A stretch of 64,000 bases of DNA from a virus, in the IMG/VR virus record IMGVR_UViG_3300031857_000027; one strand, 5' to 3'. The notes under the pieces are model-generated. The model had not been told where the DNA came from and made no database searches. It saw nothing but the letters and a program-made list of their open reading frames with translations. Both the position numbers and the translations under genes were made by a program. Shown one piece after another: positions 7,739 through 17,176 of this stretch (positions within the stretch are counted from its first letter, which is position 1; the number at the start of each line of letters is the position of its first letter).

Positions 7739-9067
7739 CTAACGACCGACCTGCGGTAGGTACTTAGCCTTGGTCTCTTCCCACGATAGTTCAATTAAGT
7801 CATCATAAAACAGTGTTTCATAAGATACATTGTCTTTCTTCATCAACTGTTTGATACGACCTTTGGCATGTTTGTCTCTCCAGATACCAACTAATGAATC
7901 GTAGTCAGTAGGAAAGGCCTTGACTAATTCACTTTCTTTGATTCGGTCACAAAGAAAATCGTTTGTGTTTGTATACAATGAACTAAAGTAAATGCCACGT
8001 GCATGTTCAGAACGAATGAGTTCTTTAGGCACTTTCAGTTGTGAATAAGTAAAGTTCAAAGAACGATTCTTATGGTCACGTTTGTGTGGCTGACCACTTG
8101 GTTTTACCGCTTCATACCATTCAAAGTATTTGCGTGTGTGATTTTTTTTCAGCCATTCACGAATCTCATATCGTGTATCTTTTTCTGGTTCAAATGAAAC
8201 AGAACCAGAGGTGAAACCCATTGGCTGCCAATGATCTAGATTATCATACTGTGATAAACCACCCGCCTTAGTTTTACCATAAAGAGAAGTTGTGGTAACA
8301 CCAACAAGCACATCACCATAAACTCTTTTCCAGATATTTTGCACTTCATCTGACAGACACAACAATGCTAGTAGTTTACCACCAACATAGTTGAAGCCTA
8401 GTGGTTGAAAAGGTACAATCGTAGAACCAATAGCAGTATGATTAATCATAGCACCTTGTGTCTTACGTTCACGTGACCAACCAATAAAGTTATCACGTGG
8501 TGTCAGATCAAGAAAATCTGATGAGATACAAATCACACCAAGATATTTACCAGTAACATCGTCTTTGACAATAAAGTTTAGATTACGACCGATATTGGAA
8601 TTGTTTTTCATCGTAGAGATGAATGTACGAATCGTATTCCAAGTTTCTGGTAGTTTCTTGTTTCTTTTCTTTGTGATTGTTACTGAAGAACCATCAATAC
8701 CAGTTTTTGTAATTTCACCAGAATCATCGGTATACTCTAGAACAGGTTTAAGATTCAAATAGTCTTCAGCGGATTCTGGCACCCAAATATTTGATTTGAC
8801 ATCCTCAATAGATGCCGCTTGTGACAAATCAATTAGTTGTTTCTCAACACCAAACAATGTTGAAACTTCTCTACTAGGATATTTGTCTTGTACTTCACAC
8901 CATTTCTGATACAAAGTATACTCTTTGACATCCATTTGTGAAACATAAGTCAACTCACGTATAACTTTTTCACGCAGGTAATCAACATCAATATCGGAAA
9001 AAGAACTGGCGGGATTTTTGTCCTGCCATTCTTGCCATTGTTGCTCTACAAATGTTTTCTCATCCAT
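7739..9067 (-). CDS. DruA-like (DUF4338) protein
   Basis: GRNLNFIVKD..TGKYLGVI, LTPRDNFIGW, PLGFNYVGGKLLALL and TTTSLYG motifs, recalled as the DUF4338/DruA family. Confidence 0.65.
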   Translation of the reverse strand: MDEKTFVEQQWQEWQDKNPASSFSDIDVDYLREKVIRELTYVSQMDVKEYTLYQKWCEVQDKYPSREVSTLFGVEKQLIDLSQAASIEDVKSNIWVPESAEDYLNLKPVLEYTDDSGEITKTGIDGSSVTITKKRNKKLPETWNTIRTFISTMKNNSNIGRNLNFIVKDDVTGKYLGVICISSDFLDLTPRDNFIGWSRERKTQGAMINHTAIGSTIVPFQPLGFNYVGGKLLALLCLSDEVQNIWKRVYGDVLVGVTTTSLYGKTKAGGLSQYDNLDHWQPMGFTSGSVSFEPEKDTRYEIREWLKKNHTRKYFEWYEAVKPSGQPHKRDHKNRSLNFTYSQLKVPKELIRSEHARGIYFSSLYTNTNDFLCDRIKESELVKAFPTDYDSLVGIWRDKHAKGRIKQLMKKDNVSYETLFYDDLIELSWEETKAKYLPQVGR

Positions 9068-9638
9068 TTTTTTTGCTATTACGAATAATTTTTTTCACAA
9101 GTTTAGTTGCTCTTTGTCTTGCCATTCTCAGTGCTACGGGCTTCACATAGTTCGTATAATGAATTCCATTCATGTGGTCCATTTCATGCATAAAACAACG
9201 AGCCGTTAATCCATCAAGTCTCATTTCTTGTTTTTCACCATGCTCATTAAGAAATTCAACTTCAATCCAATCAGGTCTTTCTACATTTAAAAACAGACCT
9301 GGATAAGATAAGCATCCTTCTTTTTCTTTTACTTTATTGGCAGACATTATTTTTAGTTTAGGATTCAAGCATGTTAGTTGAAAGTCGTCCATACCAATAA
9401 CAAACATTCTCTCAGCAACACCGCATTGGTTTGCAGACAATCCTAAACCAGAATACAATTTCATGGTAGTACGCAAACGTTTTGCCAAATGAACAATTGC
9501 GGGATTAGGAAAGTCTCCTTTATACTCAGGTATAGGAACACTCAACATAAAGTAATCTTCACCATGTACAGGCAAAGGATTTACTTTCTCTATTTGTTGT
9601 AAGCCAGCGGCAGTATCAATTGTTAGTATCTCACTCAT
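9060..9638 (-). CDS. def: Peptide deformylase
   Basis: GLGLSANQCG, EGCLS and HEMDH motifs. Confidence 0.95.
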   Translation of the reverse strand: MSEILTIDTAAGLQQIEKVNPLPVHGEDYFMLSVPIPEYKGDFPNPAIVHLAKRLRTTMKLYSGLGLSANQCGVAERMFVIGMDDFQLTCLNPKLKIMSANKVKEKEGCLSYPGLFLNVERPDWIEVEFLNEHGEKQEMRLDGLTARCFMHEMDHMNGIHYTNYVKPVALRMARQRATKLVKKIIRNSKKNG

Positions 9639-11341
9639 TTCACCATCCTTGAAAAATTTTTGACTTTCTCAAATTTAATTGTATTTGCAAACTTATCTTG
9701 TAGTATGTCACCTTTATGGCTGATGACAAACAGATTTACACCTTCAAGTGTATGTAATATCTTCATCAAGTCTTCTGTGCCACTTGTATCTAAACTTGAA
9801 TCAAACACTTCATCAAGTATCAATAGATTGGTATTGGTGGAGTTCTTTAGTTTTGCAACTGCTCTCCATGTCAACATCAATGCCATATCAATACGCTGTT
9901 TCTCACCTTCTGAAAAATTATGGTAAGAAAATTCATCACGATGCCTAGACTTAATTGTTTCTTTGAATGACTCATCAAGATTGAAGTTCACAAAGAAATC
10001 CATACTTGTCAGATACTTGTTCACCAATTTGTTTATTACTGGCAAATATTGCTTGATGATGTTTGTTTTGATGCCGGTATCTTTCAACAATGAAGAAGCA
10101 ACATCGTAATATGCTTTATCATCCAACAACTGCTTCAGTTCATCTTGTGCTTGTTCAACCTCTTTCTTGATGGTATCTAATTCATCCTCATCAACGTCTT
10201 CTTTTGGCTTTTGTATTTGTTTGATTTGTTTTTCTAGTTTGATAATTGAATCATTCAAACCTTTGACACCAGTCTGTGTTGTCGCCAATTGAATGCGTAC
10301 ATTTGATAGTTCTTTTTCTTTTTCACGCAGTTCAGCAACTACATTTTCTTGATCTGTAATTTTTGTTTGTAATTCCGTCAAAGCACTAGCAAGTTCGTGT
10401 TCTTTTGTGCCAAGTTCTGTGAGTTGCCCTTCTTTAAACTCCATGGTAATGGCCTGCCTACAGGTTGGGCAATCAGCATTGTGTTCATAGAAACTTCTAT
10501 CATTTCCCACTTTGGATATCTTGCTCTCAATTTGTGACTCAACTTTTTTAAACGCAGTAATCTTCTTTTCATTTTCAGGAATTTTAGCACAGACTTCGGA
10601 TAAGGTCTGCTTGGTTTGTTCCAAGCTGTCAATGTCACCATGTAAGGTGCGAATGGTTTCTCTGTGCAGAAGTATCTCTTCCTCATATTCTTTTACCTTT
10701 GCTTCATTATCTTGATTGAGTTTATCTTGATGCTCTTTCTTCAATTGATACTTCTGCATCAACAAAGATATATCACTCTTTTTTGCTACCGTCAGGTCTT
10801 TATTGTTTGACAATCTTTCTTTGATTAGACCATTCATTGTAGAGAAAATCTGAATGTCTAACAAGTCTTCAATAATTGCTCTACGGTCGGCAGAAGACAA
10901 CTGCATGAACGGCGTAAACGATGCTGAACCAAGAATAACGATCTGTGTGAAAGACTTGTAGTTTAGTTTGAGAATAAACCTCTCTAGGTAGTCTTGATAA
11001 TCTCTTACAGCCGCATCTTGATTCAGCAAAACTTTATCTTGGTAGATTTCAAAGATGTTTGGTTTGATACCACGAACAATCTTGAACTCTTTGCTACCAA
11101 TTGAAAACTCTATTTCAACTACAGCATCCCGATTGTTGATTGAGTTTACAAGATTTGGTTTGTTAATTGCACGAAAAGGTTTACCAAACAAACCAAAACA
11201 CAAGGCGTCAAGCATCGTTGACTTACCAGAGCCATTCGTACCTACAATTAATGTATTAGCGTTACTGTTTAGTGCTATTTCGGTAAAGTAATTACCGGTA
11301 CTTAACAGATTTTTCCAACGCAGTGTTTTAAATAATATCAT
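9635..11341 (-). CDS. gp46: Recombination exonuclease, SMC/Rad50-like subunit
   Basis: GTNGSGKS Walker A, CPTC zinc hook, FSEGEK signature and LILDEVFD. Confidence 0.95.
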   Translation of the reverse strand: MILFKTLRWKNLLSTGNYFTEIALNSNANTLIVGTNGSGKSTMLDALCFGLFGKPFRAINKPNLVNSINNRDAVVEIEFSIGSKEFKIVRGIKPNIFEIYQDKVLLNQDAAVRDYQDYLERFILKLNYKSFTQIVILGSASFTPFMQLSSADRRAIIEDLLDIQIFSTMNGLIKERLSNNKDLTVAKKSDISLLMQKYQLKKEHQDKLNQDNEAKVKEYEEEILLHRETIRTLHGDIDSLEQTKQTLSEVCAKIPENEKKITAFKKVESQIESKISKVGNDRSFYEHNADCPTCRQAITMEFKEGQLTELGTKEHELASALTELQTKITDQENVVAELREKEKELSNVRIQLATTQTGVKGLNDSIIKLEKQIKQIQKPKEDVDEDELDTIKKEVEQAQDELKQLLDDKAYYDVASSLLKDTGIKTNIIKQYLPVINKLVNKYLTSMDFFVNFNLDESFKETIKSRHRDEFSYHNFSEGEKQRIDMALMLTWRAVAKLKNSTNTNLLILDEVFDSSLDTSGTEDLMKILHTLEGVNLFVISHKGDILQDKFANTIKFEKVKNFSRMVK

Positions 11342-12414
11342 TCAGTAGTGGTACTCAGTGCCTCAACATAAAGTTCCTGCATAATACTTTTTAGTTTAAC
11401 AGGCTCTACATTGATTGTCAAGTTATCGATATACTTTGAAAGTATTGTCATGGTATCTTCTGCCTGATCAACTAATTCTTGGTCAATATCAGTTGTTGTA
11501 TCGGTGAAATCTTCAACGACAGATATATCGGCAGCACCGGCTTTGTATATACTATCAATCACAATGTCAAACAAAAATGGATTTAGTTTGTTGATCACAA
11601 CCACCTTGACATAACAACCCTCATAGATCGAATAGTCCATGAATGTTGGTTTATAACCTTCAGCGAAATTTTCTAGTTCATCATTATAATTTAACTTGTA
11701 AAACATTCTGTATGGGTTCTTGACAAACTCTTGTTCACGGGTATGTGTGTCAAAGATGACAAAGCCACGTGGGTCATTATAATCTGCCCATGTCATTTCA
11801 TTTGGTGAACCAACGTAGTAAATGTGTCCATCATCAGAACGATGATGAAAATGACCAGACAAAACTATATCATACTTGTTAAACAGTGCCTTGTCAATAC
11901 CCTCATGGCAAATATTACCACGATCCATTTCAAAGCCTGCTATTTCAAAATGACCAAAAACGATTTGTGATTTGGAGTCTTTTAGTCTTTGAGTGATTTC
12001 AACTTCGTTATCGTCACATATCCAAGGTACCAGGTCAATATCAATGCCGCCAAACTGCATTGTAGTAAAAGTATCCAGTACAGTAACATTATCATAACCG
12101 TTTAGAAGTAACTTTGAGGAGTTAACCTGAAGGGTGTTTTTGAAAGCGACATCATGGTTACCAAGGAATGTGATGAACGTGATGCCATTTTCTTGTAGTT
12201 TATCAAAGAAATATTTACGACATAGATAGAGTGAATTGAAGTTAATAAACTTACGGCGGTCGAAAAGATCACCAAGTTGTACAACGGTTGTAACATTGTG
12301 ATCCTTTAAGTAGGGGAAGAACACGTTATCGTAGAACTTCTCTATGTATTTATGAAAGTCTAAAGAATCACCTCTCATACCGAAGTGAGTATCACCAAGC
12401 ACACATATTTTCAT
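11338..12414 (-). CDS. gp47: Recombination nuclease, Mre11-like subunit
   Basis: GDTHFG, GDLFD, GNHD and SGHFH phosphoesterase motifs. Confidence 0.95.
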   Translation of the reverse strand: MKICVLGDTHFGMRGDSLDFHKYIEKFYDNVFFPYLKDHNVTTVVQLGDLFDRRKFINFNSLYLCRKYFFDKLQENGITFITFLGNHDVAFKNTLQVNSSKLLLNGYDNVTVLDTFTTMQFGGIDIDLVPWICDDNEVEITQRLKDSKSQIVFGHFEIAGFEMDRGNICHEGIDKALFNKYDIVLSGHFHHRSDDGHIYYVGSPNEMTWADYNDPRGFVIFDTHTREQEFVKNPYRMFYKLNYNDELENFAEGYKPTFMDYSIYEGCYVKVVVINKLNPFLFDIVIDSIYKAGAADISVVEDFTDTTTDIDQELVDQAEDTMTILSKYIDNLTINVEPVKLKSIMQELYVEALSTTTE

Positions 12415-12418
12415 AATA

Positions 12419-12958
12419 TTACTCTACATCATCATCTAGAAATTGTTCAAGACCCTCCGACTTCTTTTCTTTTTTCTTTTTCTTATTTTCCTCAAAGTTA
12501 TGAATGAACTCTGAGATGTTATCATACAACTCAAACTGCTTCATGTTACCATTTTCATCTTCATACATCTCACCCTCATCAAGCAAACCAAACTGTTGTG
12601 TGGCTTTATACTTCACATACAGTTGCTTCTTCTCACGCATAATTCTACGCAGAAAAGCATAGTAAATTATCTGTGTGAAGTAAGCAAATGGATTCTTTGA
12701 TTTGGCAGGATCAAAGTTACGAAAATACATCAGACAGTTTTCAACACCATCTGATATCATCTCATCACGGTATGTGTATGAAATAAAGTTTGGCTTACGT
12801 GATAGGTGTTCTGCAATCTTTAGAAAGCATTCGCCAATGTAATCTGGTATCTTTGGCTCTGGTTTATTTTCTTCTTTAGCAGTGGCACATTCTGTACGAT
12901 ACTTAACAAGTGCTGCTAGAAAATCTGCATTATTAACGTAATGATTTGCTGTTGTCAT
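12419..12958 (-). CDS. gp55: Late-transcription sigma factor
   Basis: HYVNN, YIGECFLKIA and NPFAYFTQIIYYAFLRRI motifs. Confidence 0.95.
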   Translation of the reverse strand: MTTANHYVNNADFLAALVKYRTECATAKEENKPEPKIPDYIGECFLKIAEHLSRKPNFISYTYRDEMISDGVENCLMYFRNFDPAKSKNPFAYFTQIIYYAFLRRIMREKKQLYVKYKATQQFGLLDEGEMYEDENGNMKQFELYDNISEFIHNFEENKKKKKEKKSEGLEQFLDDDVE

Positions 12959-13890
12959 TATACATTACCGTAAATGTTATTCTTCAAGTATGTATAGCCC
13001 TTGATAAGTTCTTCTACACCATCATCTAGTGTATGATAAGGTGCCCAACCTGTTGATTCTAGTTTTTCATTTGACACAATATAGTTACGTTGATCTGGGT
13101 CTTTTTTGATATCACCCCCTACCACTGTGAAAGTAGGAATATGTTTCTTGATAATGTCACAGAGTTCTAGTTTAGATACATTTGCCGATGACAAACCTAC
13201 ATTATAGATATTGCTCTTCATGTAATCAAACTGAAAGAGTGCATGTAAGAATGCTTCACATACATCACGTACATGAATGTAGTTACGTTTGAAATGACCT
13301 TCAAAGATAATTACATAGCCATCATTGACTGCACGATAGACCAAATCATTTACTAGTAAGTCTGAACGCATACGTGGTGACATACCAAACACGGTAGCAA
13401 GACGGTAACTGATTGAGTTCTCACGCTCCATCAATCTTTCTTCTACTGCAACCTTATCAATCGCATACTTAGAGATTGGCCGCAGTGGTGATTCTTCTGT
13501 GCAGAAATTGTTTTCATCACCTGTGCCATATGCTGAATTGGTTGTAGGCATAATGATACGCTGTTCATTTGAAACAGCATTTAACATCCAGAACATTGCA
13601 TCTTTGTTTGTCGTGTCTGCACCAACAACATCTTTATTACACAGCGGCGCACCAACAAGTGCTGCAAGTGGTATAACAACATCTGCTTTTTTCAACAGAG
13701 GCGTCATATGATATGGATTACGAATGTCTCCATTTACAATGGTAAGTTTTTTGTTTTCACAAAGATGATTCAGTCCAGTTTGCTTGTACATGAAGTTGTC
13801 AATGACAGTCACTTCATGTCCTGTCTGAAGTAAATACTCTGTTAAAATGCAGCCAATATAGCCAGCGCCGCCAGTCACCAATATGTTCAT
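12958..13890 (-). CDS. NAD-dependent nucleotide-sugar epimerase/dehydratase/reductase (extended SDR)
   Basis: VTGGAGYIG Rossmann motif, YAIDK (YxxxK), RLATVFG and RNYIHVRD. Confidence 0.9.
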   Translation of the reverse strand: MNILVTGGAGYIGCILTEYLLQTGHEVTVIDNFMYKQTGLNHLCENKKLTIVNGDIRNPYHMTPLLKKADVVIPLAALVGAPLCNKDVVGADTTNKDAMFWMLNAVSNEQRIIMPTTNSAYGTGDENNFCTEESPLRPISKYAIDKVAVEERLMERENSISYRLATVFGMSPRMRSDLLVNDLVYRAVNDGYVIIFEGHFKRNYIHVRDVCEAFLHALFQFDYMKSNIYNVGLSSANVSKLELCDIIKKHIPTFTVVGGDIKKDPDQRNYIVSNEKLESTGWAPYHTLDDGVEELIKGYTYLKNNIYGNV

Positions 13891-13891
13891 A

Positions 13892-15073
13892 TTATACCCT
13901 ATTCAGTACAGTTGTGATTTCGTCAATTGCCATCTTACTTAATGTTGGATAGTTACCAATGTAGAACGAATAAAAGTGCATGTGATCAGTGTTTGGAAAG
14001 TTCTTGTAATGATCTTCTGGCACAATGTTCTTCAAGTATGGTTGACGCAGTTGATTGCCGCCACCAGCAGAACCACGACGAAACTCAATTTGTTCATCAC
14101 GCATCTTACCCATCAATCTTTGAGCAAACTCTTTGTTTGCATACTCTGGCTGCAATACAATGTTAAAGGCATAGTTGCTGCAACCAATCAATCTAAAATC
14201 AACCTTATACTTTTTCTGGTCTAGTTTAGCCAAAAAGTAAAATAGATTCTCATTACGTAGTCTAACATTTTCATCCAAATGTTTCAACTGATTTTGACCA
14301 AGTATACCGCCAATCTCATTGTTACGCATGTTGTATGCTGGATAGGCAAAGATAAAGTCAGAGTTCAACTCAGGGTACTCTGCCTTATACTTCTCGGACA
14401 TTTCTTCTGATGCACACTCACGAACCATACCGTGTGAACGAAGCATACGAACTGTGTGATATACTTCAGGGTCGTTTGTACATACCATACCACCTTCAAT
14501 GGTAGACATGTGATGTGCAAAGTAGAAAGAGAAGTTAGACATCCAACCATAACTACCCAACAGTTTACCGTTGTGTGTTGCACCATGTGATTCACAGACA
14601 TCTTCAATCAAAGGTATGCTACGATGACGTAGAACTTCCAATACTCTGTCAGATAAACAATCAAAACCTTGTGCATACGTAATAAACACTGCTCTTGTTT
14701 TATCAGTGATTGCATTGAGTATGCCAAAATCATTCATGCCAAGTGTATCCAAATCAATGTCAACAAATACTGGTGTGAAACCACATTGAATAATAGATGC
14801 GATATCAGATACCCATGTGAATGGTGGCACAATCACTTCACCACCTTCTGGATGTTTGATCTTCAACATTGTCATTGACAATAGATTAGCAGAAGCACCT
14901 GAGTTGACAAACACAGAATATTTTACACCAAGCCATTTACTCCATGCTTCTTCAAAAGCACGGCACTCAGGACCATTTGTAAGTTTAGGATTATCTTTTT
15001 TAAGATGTTCTATTACCAAATCTAAATCTTCTCTAGTAATATTGTCTGACATTAAAGGATACTTCATTCTCAC
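13892..15073 (-). CDS. DegT/DnrJ-family PLP enzyme, ColD/E1-type NDP-4-keto-6-deoxyhexose 3-dehydratase-like
   Basis: VNSGASANL, EDVCESHGA and SFYFAHHMSTIEGG, with His in place of the Schiff-base Lys. Confidence 0.8.
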   Translation of the reverse strand: MRMKYPLMSDNITREDLDLVIEHLKKDNPKLTNGPECRAFEEAWSKWLGVKYSVFVNSGASANLLSMTMLKIKHPEGGEVIVPPFTWVSDIASIIQCGFTPVFVDIDLDTLGMNDFGILNAITDKTRAVFITYAQGFDCLSDRVLEVLRHRSIPLIEDVCESHGATHNGKLLGSYGWMSNFSFYFAHHMSTIEGGMVCTNDPEVYHTVRMLRSHGMVRECASEEMSEKYKAEYPELNSDFIFAYPAYNMRNNEIGGILGQNQLKHLDENVRLRNENLFYFLAKLDQKKYKVDFRLIGCSNYAFNIVLQPEYANKEFAQRLMGKMRDEQIEFRRGSAGGGNQLRQPYLKNIVPEDHYKNFPNTDHMHFYSFYIGNYPTLSKMAIDEITTVLNRV

Positions 15074-16053
15074 TCCATTATAATTTTAGAGCCTTCAAAA
15101 TCAAATCTGAAGGGCACCCATACATTAATTTCTGGTATTGCTTGTCTTATCTTCTCATGTGCATCAGGCGGTGCAAGAAACATAAAGAATCCACCACCAC
15201 CCGCACCCATCAATTTACCACCGTATGCACCAGCATTCATTGCTTTATTGTATATTGTATCTATGTAACTAGTTGTAACACTATCCGTGAGTTCTCTTTT
15301 CCGTTTCCACTGATAGTCTAACAACTCACCTATGTTTTCTATTTTACCATGATTTTCAAAAATATACAATGCATTATTTGTGACTGAAGTTATTTCTTCC
15401 AATAACTTTGTAGACTTACCCTCTTTGATAGCATCAATTTGGTGTTTGGCGTGAACACTTGAAAATCTATCAATGCCTGAAAAACCTAGCATGATATGTT
15501 CTTCTAGGTTGAGTGTATAATCATCTTTAATTCTTAGGTCACGAACATTGATACCCTCATCAGATAATTCAATGACACGAATGCCACCATAAGCCGCCAT
15601 GATTTGGTCTTGTACACCAACAGACTCACCAATACAGTTCTGTTCTATATTGATAGCATCAATTGCAAGACCATACGGCGTTGGCAATTTTTTCTTTGAA
15701 GCCAGTATGGCGTGAATCAATCCAACAGTAAATGAAGAACTTGATCCAATGCCTGAACGAGCAGGTAAATCGCCGTCATGGCTAATAGAAATCCCATTAG
15801 GTATATCATAGTATTTCAAACACTCCCTTACAGAAGGATGATCTATTTGTGAAATATCTGATACGCTTTCAATTTTAGAATAGATAACTCTATTCACATA
15901 GTCAAAGTAAGGCGGTAACTTCTTTAAACTTATATAGCAGTAGTGTGCCATGGCAGCAGATATGACCTTAGAAGGTCTGTTTTGATACCATGCTGGATAA
16001 TCTGTACCACCACCAAACAAAGAAAGACGATAAGGAGTTCTAGATATAATCAT
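15070..16053 (-). CDS. hddA: GHMP sugar kinase, HddA-like (heptose-7-phosphate 1-kinase family)
   Basis: SRTPYRLSLFGGGTD, DLPARSGIGSSS, GVQDQ and GGKLMGAGGGG motifs. Confidence 0.8.
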   Translation of the reverse strand: MIISRTPYRLSLFGGGTDYPAWYQNRPSKVISAAMAHYCYISLKKLPPYFDYVNRVIYSKIESVSDISQIDHPSVRECLKYYDIPNGISISHDGDLPARSGIGSSSSFTVGLIHAILASKKKLPTPYGLAIDAINIEQNCIGESVGVQDQIMAAYGGIRVIELSDEGINVRDLRIKDDYTLNLEEHIMLGFSGIDRFSSVHAKHQIDAIKEGKSTKLLEEITSVTNNALYIFENHGKIENIGELLDYQWKRKRELTDSVTTSYIDTIYNKAMNAGAYGGKLMGAGGGGFFMFLAPPDAHEKIRQAIPEINVWVPFRFDFEGSKIIME

Positions 16054-16580
16054 TTTTCGTTATAGTAGTCTCCGTACTCTACAAGTATCGTAGCAATACC
16101 ATCTTTTCTTTCATATGCCTTTGTATATGCAGGCATAATATCTTCTGGTTCTTCTAGTCTTATCACATCAACATTTTCACACAACATTCTAAAAGCATCG
16201 GTGTAATCACCGACATGTTGGTGTTGTGGGTGCAAAGGTCTTTCTGAGCCAATACTTGTACGAATGATGATACGTGGTTTGTAATCAGACATCATCGTAA
16301 TTTTATCAACATGATTGACAAGTTGATTTGTTGCACAGATTAAAAAATTCCATCGTGGATAAATGCTCACAGGAATAAAACCAGCAAGTGCAAGACCAAG
16401 TGTCATACCCATTTGTGTGTCTTCAAACACAGGCATTTCTAACAACTGTTCTTTTGGTACATCTTTCAATGTGTTTGTCATGGCAGTGCCAGCATACTCA
16501 ACTGCTTGACCCATGAACATTACACGTGAATCTTTTGACAGCATCTCCATTGCTGCTTTGAGTTCTTCAAAGTATTTCAA
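16050..16580 (-). CDS. ThDP-dependent E1-beta/transketolase pyrimidine-binding domain protein (no C-terminal domain)
   Basis: LLEMPVFEDTQMGMTLGLALAG, NQLVN and HPQHQH; only 176 aa. Confidence 0.8.
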   Translation of the reverse strand: MKYFEELKAAMEMLSKDSRVMFMGQAVEYAGTAMTNTLKDVPKEQLLEMPVFEDTQMGMTLGLALAGFIPVSIYPRWNFLICATNQLVNHVDKITMMSDYKPRIIIRTSIGSERPLHPQHQHVGDYTDAFRMLCENVDVIRLEEPEDIMPAYTKAYERKDGIATILVEYGDYYNEK

Positions 16581-17176
16581 AATTGCACCCTCATTCCTGC
16601 ACCAGCATGTGGATATTTGGTTTCATATTCATAGTAATAAATGTATTCTTGGTCAAGATGTTTGTATAATGATTGATTTAAACCCCATGTCTTCATCGTG
16701 TCTGTACACACTGACTTACCATTGTCTTCAACAATAAACTTGATAGGCAAATTATTAGCCATGCTGTACTTTAAGTTCTCAGAAAAGACGCCCGATTCAG
16801 CAGTCATGTCACCAACAAAACAATAAACTTTTGTATCAATCTTTTTTCTCTTCATAGCCATTGCAGCACCAACAGCAATTGGTATGTTACCACCAACGAT
16901 TGCTGATGAGTAGATATTGAATTCTGGATAGCACAGTGAAATTGATTTGCCTTCCAAAATATCTTTTTCTATTTGTTCTGGTGGTACACCTTTCAGCAAA
17001 CATTGATAGTGTGAACGCCATGAACAGAACACCCAATCTTTTGAACGAATATCTTTAAAGATTTTAATCAGTTCATTTTCATTGCCATAGTAAAGATGAA
17101 TTGGCGCACGAATACGAGCATTATTAAAATGCTCTGCCATCTTCTCTTCAAATTCTATAAGTTCTTGCTTAGTCAC
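16577..17176 (-). CDS. ThDP-dependent E1-alpha-like subunit (short)
   Basis: HLYYGNE, WRSHY, SAIVGG and GDM...VEDN ThDP-binding motif; 199 aa. Confidence 0.8.
   Translation of the reverse strand: MTKQELIEFEEKMAEHFNNARIRAPIHLYYGNENELIKIFKDIRSKDWVFCSWRSHYQCLLKGVPPEQIEKDILEGKSISLCYPEFNIYSSAIVGGNIPIAVGAAMAMKRKKIDTKVYCFVGDMTAESGVFSENLKYSMANNLPIKFIVEDNGKSVCTDTMKTWGLNQSLYKHLDQEYIYYYEYETKYPHAGAGMRVQF

Noticed and set aside
16050-17176. Pyruvate dehydrogenase auxiliary metabolic genes
   Set aside because: The subunits are truncated, E2/E3 are absent, and the context is nucleotide-sugar biosynthesis.
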